Origin: a virus
Lineage: Duplodnaviria; Caudoviricetes
IMG/VR virus record: IMGVR_UViG_3300044836_000082
Span: 1 to 29,166 of that record
DNA length: 29,166 nt
Reading direction: 5' to 3' (one strand)
In this document: positions 9,286 to 16,532 of the stretch, piece after piece
Layout of the letters: the number at the start of each line of letters is the position of its first letter
How positions within the stretch are numbered: the stretch's first letter is position 1
Position numbers and translations under genes: made by a program
Notes under the pieces: generated by a model
What the model was told of the DNA's origin: nothing
Database searches by the model: none
The model's input: the letters and a program-made list of their open reading frames with translations, nothing else

Positions 9286-9709
9286 TCATTCAGGCGGCTT
9301 TCGCTGCCTAGCTTCCCACCGTGCGATTCTTCCTGGACGCTCGGCTTCGCGCCGAACAATATCAAGACATCTCGCCAACAAGGCGCTGCAACTTTTCGGA
9401 TAACCGTGCCCCCGCAACTTTTTATTGATACTCATGACAAGCTGAACATCTGCATTCAGAGAATCGAAGCTCCACGGGATTGCGCCCCACCTCCGATCTA
9501 TTTCCCGTTCGACGGCTTCTCGATAAAACTTGAGCTGGACACGCACATCGCATTGCTGGCAGAGGTCTGGCAAATCAATGAACTGGCCTTCATCCTGCCG
9601 GAGCTTACAAGGTGCAGGACAGTCATCGAATGAAGGTTCAAGTTTCGCTAGTTGCTCCTGAAGCACTATCGTCTGCCTGCTCGCTACTGCGAACGCTCTG
9701 AGGAAAGGA
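9286..9709 (-). CDS. Tail assembly chaperone, GT-type extension (probably reached by frameshift)
   Basis: Overlaps the upstream chaperone in the +1 frame; that frame stays open through TCC-TTT-CCT (9709-9701); no SD before GTG 9666. Confidence 0.55.
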
Positions 9710-10114
9710 AGTAGGCAGCGCCGCCACCCGGTAACCCTTCCACGCCGAGACCAGTATCGTTTCCAGTTCGGGATAAGCAGGATCGTCGAAATAGACTCGC
9801 ATCGCCTGCTCGGCGGCTTGTCTTTGCGCTGTCTCTGACGGGAAGCCGTGCTCTGAGGAGAAGCCTACGGGGATCACCAGATCGTCGAAGCCCTCCGGTG
9901 GCGACGACATCATCTTGATCACTAAATCGATCAACGCTTCTCGATAGGCTTCCGGCCTCTCCTCATCTTTCATGCCGAGGTATTTCGTCTCGGCGTCGAG
10001 TGCCGATTGCGATAGCCGCTTTGCAAAGAAGAACTTGAAATCAGTGCTCGGATGCCAGGGATGGTTCACCACGATGGGGATGTTCGGCTCATACTCTTTT
10101 TTGTTGAATCCCAC
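9638..10114 (-). CDS. Tail assembly chaperone (G-type)
   Basis: Between tail tube and tape measure; SD AAAGGAG before GTG 10114. Confidence 0.65.
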   Translation of the reverse strand: MGFNKKEYEPNIPIVVNHPWHPSTDFKFFFAKRLSQSALDAETKYLGMKDEERPEAYREALIDLVIKMMSSPPEGFDDLVIPVGFSSEHGFPSETAQRQAAEQAMRVYFDDPAYPELETILVSAWKGYRVAALPTSFPQSVRSSEQADDSASGATSET

Positions 10115-10115
10115 T

Positions 10116-10337
10116 TCAGATCGCTCCTTTCAAGACGACGGCGGCGTTGGCCGTCATGACGCTTTCTCTCAAGAGTCGAAGCGACGCCTGCTAGTCAGCG
10201 CACGCCGGGGTGAATTCAAGAATGATGCGCGCCATTTCGAGCGCAGCCTCGCGGATGGAACGTAAAGCGAGCTGTTGCGGTTCGTCCGGCGCGTGATACG
10301 TGAACACTGCGGCCACGTTCTCTCTGGTGATTGGCAT
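10116..10337 (-). pseudogene. Acb2/Tad1-like helical-hairpin (nucleotide-signal sponge) gene interrupted by in-frame TAG at 10191-10193
   Basis: MPITRENVAAVFTYHAPDEPQQLALRSIREAALEMARIILEFTPACAD*QASLRLLRESVMTANAAVVLKGAI; FTYH...IR...P...L.E..M.ANAA motif spans the stop; SD GGAGG; full ORF ends 1 nt before the next start. Confidence 0.65.
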
Positions 10338-10361
10338 AGTGCCTCCATTAAGTGAAATGCC

Positions 10362-10425
10362 CCAGCCTGTGCAGAGGTCAAGCTGGAGCTTCATTGGTGG
10401 ACGCGCCTGTCCTCTGCTCGCGTCC
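10362..10425 (-). ncRNA. Structured cis-regulatory RNA candidate: two hairpins with complementary 7-nt loop segments
   Basis: Stem GGACGCG/CGCGTCC (10399-10425), mRNA loop contains GCAGAGG; stem CCAGCUUG/CAGGCUGG (10362-10386), mRNA loop CCUCUGC. Confidence 0.45.
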
Positions 10426-10479
10426 TGCTAATGTCCTCTCAAACTTCCGGGCGGACTTTAAAATAATCAAAAGCCCTTA

Positions 10480-11487
10480 CTACGGCGCGACGAGGAACCG
10501 GGCAGCCTGCGCCAAAGAAGCATGCACACGATCAGGAGCTTCGCCCCCAACTGAGAACGGCACAGCATCCAGATTGATCACGCTGCGGTTTGCCTCTCCG
10601 GCGTAACCAAGCTCCGTGTCAGTCAGAGCGAGTTGCGCAGAAGCGGCGATGATCGAAGTGCCTTCCGCTGCCGTGCCGATGCGTAAGCTGACCGGCTGCT
10701 CAGACTCCGCTTTCGCCGCCACGTAGACCGGGTGCGCCTTCGTGCCATAGAGCGCAAAGTTGAACAACGAATCTTCCACGTTGCGCTCGATGCGCGCCGC
10801 ATCTACCGAATCAAACGGGAACGGATCATCGCCTGTAAACAGATTGTTGTTGAAGGTGTACTGGAAGCGGCGCAAGTCCGTCGTGCGATCAATGGAGTTG
10901 AGGAGGAACTGACAGTCATTCGTGTACACAGGCACTAAGGTCGTGCAGGAAGGAAAATCGAAATCCTCAACGACTGTCGGGTTTGCCGGGCCGACGAAAT
11001 CAACATCCATCGAAACCTTGCCGCGCACTTCGCCCGTGAGATGCACACGATTGATGCACATGCCGGCATACAGCTCTGAGGGTTCGTCTGAACTGTCTTC
11101 CGTACCGATGATGAATGAGGTCTTCGGCACATCATCATCCGCGCCGTGCGTGACTTCGTGAAGGTGCGGGCCCGTGCCCGTCGGCGCGGCGGCAGCCCCT
11201 TGCGCGAGGGCCAGCGTTCCGGCGACGAGTTGCGCGGAAACATCCGTGAATCTGAGCGACCAGAGCGCGAGGCGTGAAGTGAGGCGACGCCCGATCAAAT
11301 ACTTGCCGCGACACTCTCTGGTCTCCTGGCGCGTCTTGCGAATAGTCGGCAAGGGGCGCGCGTCGCGCGGGAGCGGCAACACGGAAGTGAGCAAGGCCGT
11401 ATCGAGCGCCGTCTGAAGATTGGCTTGCGCGACGAACAATGGCGAGTAGGCCGCGAGGACATTCTTTTGTTTGAAAGTTGTTGACAT
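10480..11487 (-). CDS. Major tail (tube) protein
   Basis: 335 aa, HEVT...PKTSFIIG...ELYAGMCINRVHLTG...MDVDFVG and FQYTFNNNL patterns; synteny; no sheath gene, so siphovirus. Confidence 0.75.
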   Translation of the reverse strand: MSTTFKQKNVLAAYSPLFVAQANLQTALDTALLTSVLPLPRDARPLPTIRKTRQETRECRGKYLIGRRLTSRLALWSLRFTDVSAQLVAGTLALAQGAAAAPTGTGPHLHEVTHGADDDVPKTSFIIGTEDSSDEPSELYAGMCINRVHLTGEVRGKVSMDVDFVGPANPTVVEDFDFPSCTTLVPVYTNDCQFLLNSIDRTTDLRRFQYTFNNNLFTGDDPFPFDSVDAARIERNVEDSLFNFALYGTKAHPVYVAAKAESEQPVSLRIGTAAEGTSIIAASAQLALTDTELGYAGEANRSVINLDAVPFSVGGEAPDRVHASLAQAARFLVAP

Positions 11488-11504
11488 AGGTCTTGTCTCC
11501 TCGA

Positions 11505-12041
11505 TTAGCCCACCACCACAGCGAGCGACAAAATTATGCGATGCACAGTCGCAAAGTCGATTTTCTTGACCTGCGCTTTTTCTTCAGTCTGCAAGAGCTG
11601 GTGCTCAAGCTGATTTCGTGCGTAGCCAAAAGTGCGATTCTCTTTGAAGTGTTGACGTGCGCGCATCACATAGGCCACGAAATCATCATGGCTGTTCGAC
11701 CCATCCTTGCGCCTGTCAACGAGTCCGAAAAGCACCTCCACCTCGTAAACGAGAGTGAGCTGCGTGTGACCACATGCCCCTTCGTCCACTTCCGAAAAAT
11801 CATCGAAGCTCAGAAACACGACGCGCGTTTCCATGCCGCCCTGCTGCATGTTTTGCGGATGCCTGATCGCCGCCAGTTTCAGCCACTCCGGTTCAGACTC
11901 AATCCATCGCGGGCGGTCATAGACGAGCGGTCGCAAGCCTTCCGGGAAGTTTTCTGCTCCAGAGGCAATTAACTCTGCTGCCACAAGGCCGCGAATGGTC
12001 TTTTCAAGCTGCACCGCATCGGTCGGTAAGGGATCGGGCAC
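11505..12041 (-). CDS. Tail completion/terminator protein
   Basis: 178 aa immediately before tail tube; synteny. Confidence 0.5.
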   Translation of the reverse strand: MPDPLPTDAVQLEKTIRGLVAAELIASGAENFPEGLRPLVYDRPRWIESEPEWLKLAAIRHPQNMQQGGMETRVVFLSFDDFSEVDEGACGHTQLTLVYEVEVLFGLVDRRKDGSNSHDDFVAYVMRARQHFKENRTFGYARNQLEHQLLQTEEKAQVKKIDFATVHRIILSLAVVVG

Positions 12042-12044
12042 TTC

Positions 12045-12731
12045 TCACCACCTCCACGGGTTCACATCGGAGTCGCGCAGATGCCCTGTCTCGACGATAC
12101 CCTGCTGATCGTCATCGTTTTCACGCTCGGGCAACACGTAAGGCTTAATGAGATCGTTGACCGCCGGCGGCACATCATCGCGCTGCAAAGTAGCTCCATC
12201 ACGAGTGATGGTTGTCACCGCTCCCGACATATCGCCAGCATTGAGTCGCGCCCTGATTGCGGCCCAGACGAGACACCCTTCCCGAATGTCAGCCGGAGTT
12301 GCCGGGTATCCCCAGCGCGCAGTCACGCGATAGGGCACGCCGTCTCGCCATGACTCGGATCGGAGCATCACGCCAACATCGTCCGTGATGCAGAGCGTCG
12401 CCCGGTACTCGACAAACTTCGGGGGAGTAATCCCCGCGATGGTCGTGACGGTAGGCCCAACTGAGCCGGGGACGTGCTCCGGGATTTCGAGACATGACTT
12501 GCCGTTGCCGTAGACCACACGCTCCGTCGGCGATTCGGGCGAAGCCATGAACGCGCCCGGATGCCTCCGGGTTTTAGAGTCAATGGCGCGTGAGATAGCT
12601 TCCAGCAAACTCTCACCCGCGGCGCGCCCCTCGTCGGTGATCTCGCCCGCTTCATCTTTCGTGATGACGCCGGGCGCACGCGGCGCAAGCTCTTCGACCG
12701 TGGCATAAAGGTTTTCGACAGACATCAGCAC
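12045..12731 (-). CDS. Head-tail adaptor (gp6/gp15-like)
   Basis: YATVEEL...LLEAISRAID...VTARWGYPATPADIREGCL...V..LIKPY motifs. Confidence 0.7.
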   Translation of the reverse strand: MLMSVENLYATVEELAPRAPGVITKDEAGEITDEGRAAGESLLEAISRAIDSKTRRHPGAFMASPESPTERVVYGNGKSCLEIPEHVPGSVGPTVTTIAGITPPKFVEYRATLCITDDVGVMLRSESWRDGVPYRVTARWGYPATPADIREGCLVWAAIRARLNAGDMSGAVTTITRDGATLQRDDVPPAVNDLIKPYVLPERENDDDQQGIVETGHLRDSDVNPWRW

Positions 12732-13207
12732 AACCTGCCTACAGCTTGATCAACCTCCGCGATGAAACCGGGACGCATTTCTTCAAGGGTAGGCTCGAAC
12801 ACTGGACGGTCTCTCTCGTATTCGAGAATTCCGGCGTATGACGCGCCGACACGGATGATGCCGCGCAGTCCCTCCGGCTTAGCTTGAATCGAGTTGATGA
12901 GAATGGATTGGTCGACCGCCGGAGCTTCGCCCGGAGCTGAAGCGCGATGAAGCTTGTAACCGACAATAGCGCGTGTATTGCCCTTCGCGGTCTGGTACGT
13001 GCGCAGTCCTGTGGGAAGCTTGGCAGAGGCGGCGCGCGTGATCCGGCCACGCCGGTACGTGCGCCCGTGCTTCGGCTCCTGCATCTTCTCCTTCACTTTG
13101 CGCTCCGTTTCAAACGCCGCTTTAGCGACGCTTTGTTCGAGCGTTTCGCGGAGAACTCCCGGACGCAGGATCGGAGAGTTGAGTTCGGTTGTCGTCCTTG
13201 TGCGCAT
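12725..13207 (-). CDS. Neck protein, HK97 gp10-like
   Basis: HRASAPGEAPAVD...LINSI...VG..YA..LEY...RP...P signature. Confidence 0.7.
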   Translation of the reverse strand: MRTRTTTELNSPILRPGVLRETLEQSVAKAAFETERKVKEKMQEPKHGRTYRRGRITRAASAKLPTGLRTYQTAKGNTRAIVGYKLHRASAPGEAPAVDQSILINSIQAKPEGLRGIIRVGASYAGILEYERDRPVFEPTLEEMRPGFIAEVDQAVGRLC

Positions 13208-13421
13208 CGGTCGGTGGCTCCGTTGCTACTTCAGACAAGCTTGTCTTGTTTGCGGGGGAAGAAGTGAATTCGTCGGGGACTGGCAGCCCTTGCTTTTGAT
13301 ACCAGTCTGCAACCTCTGCGGATGTGGCCGCACGATACCCCGGCAAGAGAGTGAGCCTTTGAAACTCACTCTCCTCCACCGAGTGCACCGCATTGCCGGG
13401 GTTCACGAGATAGCGTGCCAT
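13122..13421 (-). CDS. Small head-associated hypothetical protein
   Basis: SD GGGAGG; directly after capsid; low-complexity C-terminus overlaps next gene. Confidence 0.5.
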   Translation of the reverse strand: MARYLVNPGNAVHSVEESEFQRLTLLPGYRAATSAEVADWYQKQGLPVPDEFTSSPANKTSLSEVATEPPTDAHKDDNRTQLSDPASGSSPRNARTKRR

Positions 13422-13432
13422 CGCATCCTCCC

Positions 13433-14356
13433 TTACGAGAGGACAACGAGGCCAGCATCATCGCGAAGCTTGGCGAAACCGTAAAGCATGTCGAAGCCGA
13501 CGCGCGCGCCGCGTTCGGCCATGCTGTACTGGTAGATCACGCGAATGAGCAGGCCGGACTCTTCGTCCACCTGCGTGTAGGCTTGCGCGCCCGCGCCCGC
13601 GCCTTCCGGGATACCTCTGAAGGGGCGCGTGGCGAGCACGATGGCGTCTTCATGAAACGCCAGATTCTTCGTCGAGACGGGCGTGCCAGCCACAGCCGGC
13701 ACGACCTGCGAGGAGAAGATGTCGAAGCCGTAGAGATGTCCGATAGAGCCTTCTTTGACGGCCTCCGTCTGCGCATTGGCGAAGAAGTAGGCGAGCGTTG
13801 CATCGCCCAGCAGCGCTGCTTCATCTTTATCCGAAATGACCATTGTGCGGTCGGTCGTCGGATTTTTCAGCGTGTTCAACTGCTGGCGCGCGGCAATGAT
13901 TGAATTCTTCGTCAAGTCCGTCCCAGATGTGCCCATGCTGTGCGTGAACGAAGAATGGAGAGTGAAGAGGTCTACCTCAAGCGCCTCCGCAATGGCAATG
14001 ATCGCGGGCTTGATATAGCGCTGCATCAATGGCGCATTGGCCTGCGCCTCAGCCACGTCCTCGACGATGAAGTCAACGTAAGAGTGTTCGGAAAGAACGA
14101 CCGGGTAGGTCGTGCCGCCGACGGGCACTTGCGTATTGGCGGGCGTGTTCGCCGATTTCTTCTGCGCGGTGAACTTGCCGGGATAAGGAATGTTAATCGT
14201 CTTACCCTGCGTCTGCTCGTCGTTGAACTTGTAATCGCGGGCAACCCGCTTGGCGAGAATGATGTTTGCGCGCAGCACATCAAGAGCTGACTGCGCCCAG
14301 ATGGTTGGAACAAATCCGGCTGTCGTGGCGACGCCGCCGGTGATATTGGTTGACAT
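13433..14356 (-). CDS. Major capsid protein (HK97 fold, P22-coat/N4-gp56-like)
   Basis: FVPTIWAQ..L, GKTINIP, AIAEALE, G.IG.LYGFDIF.S, AFHEDAIVLA, D.LYG...LR motifs; SD AAGGAG. Confidence 0.9.
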   Translation of the reverse strand: MSTNITGGVATTAGFVPTIWAQSALDVLRANIILAKRVARDYKFNDEQTQGKTINIPYPGKFTAQKKSANTPANTQVPVGGTTYPVVLSEHSYVDFIVEDVAEAQANAPLMQRYIKPAIIAIAEALEVDLFTLHSSFTHSMGTSGTDLTKNSIIAARQQLNTLKNPTTDRTMVISDKDEAALLGDATLAYFFANAQTEAVKEGSIGHLYGFDIFSSQVVPAVAGTPVSTKNLAFHEDAIVLATRPFRGIPEGAGAGAQAYTQVDEESGLLIRVIYQYSMAERGARVGFDMLYGFAKLRDDAGLVVLS

Positions 14357-14361
14357 TGCGG

Positions 14362-14513
14362 TGCTCCTTATTTTGGTTTGGTGGATTTTAGCTGTGCTAA
14401 TAACTTTGAACCGAGTTATTAGTTTTACTAATCAACCACAATATAGACGAAGGCCGTCTCAATAGACAAGGAGCATAGCTAGTGAGACGGCCCGGGCGTG
14501 GTGTGCGTGGTGT
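14362..14513 (-). promoter_or_regulatory. Structured capsid-gene leader with anti-SD displayed in a hairpin loop
   Basis: 10-bp stem 14452-61/14483-92; mRNA loop UGCUCCUU (14475-68) complementary to capsid SD AAGGAGCA (14369-62); second 9-bp stem 14397-405/14414-22. Confidence 0.55.
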
Positions 14514-14517
14514 GAGA

Positions 14518-15078
14518 TTATCCGGTGATCCGGCCCTCACGCATTGCCAGCATGATGGCTTCCTTATTTTGATTCCAGAAAGCGCGATCTGAAATTTGCG
14601 CATTCGTGAAGGTCGGAAGCTGCGCAGCTCCGCGCGAGGGATTCGTCGGGCTAGTGGGCGTGACGGCGGGCTTCTCCGCCTCGGCAGGCTTCGCCAGATA
14701 AGACTTCTGCTCCAGCACGGTTTTGAGCGCGCCCTCGATGTCTTGCTCATCGGCGCTCATGAACTTCTCTGCGTCTTTCGGATCGTTAAAGCCGAGCCGG
14801 GTAGCAATCGAAGTGATGCGCTCTGCCCTCGCCTCTCCGGCAATACGGTCACGCTCGGCAATGGCTTCCGATAGCGCCTGCTCGGCTGCGGTACGCGCTG
14901 TGCGCTCCGTTTCAACGTCTTCGGCTTTCACATAGCCTTCAGGCACGACCGTGGCAGCAGACCCAGGCGTAGTCTGCGTAGTTTGCGCCCCGGCTTCTCC
15001 GGCCTGTCCAGCGGGCGGGGCGGCAGTTTCGGTCGTCTGCGTGGTCTGCGTAGTTTCGGTTGTCTCTTTCGGGTCCAT
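14518..15078 (-). CDS. Capsid scaffolding protein
   Basis: T/Q/E-rich N-terminus, coiled coil, C-terminal FT..QI....FW..NKEAIM.AMREGRI; between portal and capsid; SD GAGGAG. Confidence 0.8.
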   Translation of the reverse strand: MDPKETTETTQTTQTTETAAPPAGQAGEAGAQTTQTTPGSAATVVPEGYVKAEDVETERTARTAAEQALSEAIAERDRIAGEARAERITSIATRLGFNDPKDAEKFMSADEQDIEGALKTVLEQKSYLAKPAEAEKPAVTPTSPTNPSRGAAQLPTFTNAQISDRAFWNQNKEAIMLAMREGRITG

Positions 15079-15168
15079 AATGTTTACTCCTCTGAAAAGA
15101 ATGACTGAGAAATGGTTTATCGCCTACGAGGCATGCACGCGCGTGCATACCAATTAAATTATCGAGCG

Positions 15169-16518
15169 TTAAGCAGCGGCGGGGAGCCGCTTAGGCTCAG
15201 TTTGCAAATCGAGCTTTTTCAACTCGCGCTCGTGCTCCGGATCGCCCCCTAATTCTTTGATCAACGTGCTTTGACTAAATCCGAGCCGCTTCTTACCTTC
15301 GGCCACATTTACTTTCGCTTTCTCGTCGCCCGGCAGCGGGTCAGGCCAGTTCAGTTTGACCGCGCCCTCGATCCGTTTAATTGCGAGCAGAGCTTTGGCG
15401 CATTCCGAGATCATGCGTCCGTAGCGGAGCTGCTTTTTCGCAGTCTTATCGAGGAGCGGGCCATAAAGAATGCGGAGCGCCACGCCAGAGAGCTGGCCGG
15501 TGGTTTCGACCTTGCCCGTGGCGACTTCGGGCACACCGGTCATCTCGGCGAGACCTTCGCGCAGCACTTTTCTGAGAGCCAGCGCAGTGGAGATGTCGCG
15601 CTGCATTTCCAACAGTCCGATTTCGGATTCAACGCTCGTGCCGGTCGGCTTCAGGAACAGCATGTTGTCCGTGCCCCACTCCAAATCCTGCTTTTTGAGA
15701 TTCTTCGCGTAAGGCTTCGGGCTGGAATGGATGCGAACGATCTTGCCGCACATCGAATCGAGCCGGCTGATATAGGCGATGACGTGCAAGACGTGATCGG
15801 TCAGGTCAGGCTTGCCGTAGGTGCATTTGGGCTGGGGCAGGTTCTTCGCGTGGAAGATCGGCGGGAACGCGAAATTCCACGTCACCGACTGGCCGACGCT
15901 CGACCACGTCCTGCCGCCGTCATAAGACTCGTACTGGTCAATCTGCCAGGTCTGACGATCTTCCGCCCGCGTGGTTTCCTCTTTGAAGAGATAGGGTTTC
16001 GCGCCATTCGTCATTTGGTACGTGCAGCGAAACTGCACGGCGCGCGAAACATCGTGCGGGTCGGTGACTATCTCATAGCAATTCGGATCGCCGACTGTGA
16101 CGCGCGGGCTGCCCGAAGGCTCAATGGAAATCTTCAGGTATGCGTCGCCGCACACGGCTCCGTCCTGCGCCATCTCCTGAAACTCTTCGTTGCGCTGCGC
16201 CTGCGGCCAGACCTGTTCGAGATACTCCTCTCCGGACTTATCTTCGTCCGAGCCGACTGAAATCACGAGCGGCTGGCCGAAGAGAAAAGAGACGCCCTTA
16301 TCAACGATGACCTCCGCATAATTTATGTGGATGTTATCGTCCGGGTCGCCAGCTTTGACCTGCAACTGCTTCGGCGCGAACCCCGAATAGAAACTGAGCG
16401 CGCGGGCGATCATGGTCTGACGCGTGAGGCGTTGCATTTGCTCCATCGCCTTATCACGCGCGCCGCCGAAGAGGCCGCGCACCCTGTTCACAATTTGATT
16501 TAAATAATTATTGTCCAT
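15169..16518 (-). CDS. Portal protein, SPP1 gp6-like
   Basis: INYAEVIVDKGVSFLFG, CGDAYL, SGVALRI, WPDPLP.D motifs. Confidence 0.88.
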   Translation of the reverse strand: MDNNYLNQIVNRVRGLFGGARDKAMEQMQRLTRQTMIARALSFYSGFAPKQLQVKAGDPDDNIHINYAEVIVDKGVSFLFGQPLVISVGSDEDKSGEEYLEQVWPQAQRNEEFQEMAQDGAVCGDAYLKISIEPSGSPRVTVGDPNCYEIVTDPHDVSRAVQFRCTYQMTNGAKPYLFKEETTRAEDRQTWQIDQYESYDGGRTWSSVGQSVTWNFAFPPIFHAKNLPQPKCTYGKPDLTDHVLHVIAYISRLDSMCGKIVRIHSSPKPYAKNLKKQDLEWGTDNMLFLKPTGTSVESEIGLLEMQRDISTALALRKVLREGLAEMTGVPEVATGKVETTGQLSGVALRILYGPLLDKTAKKQLRYGRMISECAKALLAIKRIEGAVKLNWPDPLPGDEKAKVNVAEGKKRLGFSQSTLIKELGGDPEHERELKKLDLQTEPKRLPAAA

Positions 16519-16532
16519 CTCGTCTTAACCTC

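Noticed and set aside
10191-10193. Genome-wide TAG reassignment (code 15)
   Set aside because: TAG ends several well-packed genes (590, 10480, 19063, 24189) and no other long gene shows an internal TAG
15271-16260. 329-aa plus-strand ORF (and similar ones such as 22881-23753)
   Set aside because: Antisense shadows of the portal and recombinase in GC-rich DNA; no motifs or SD
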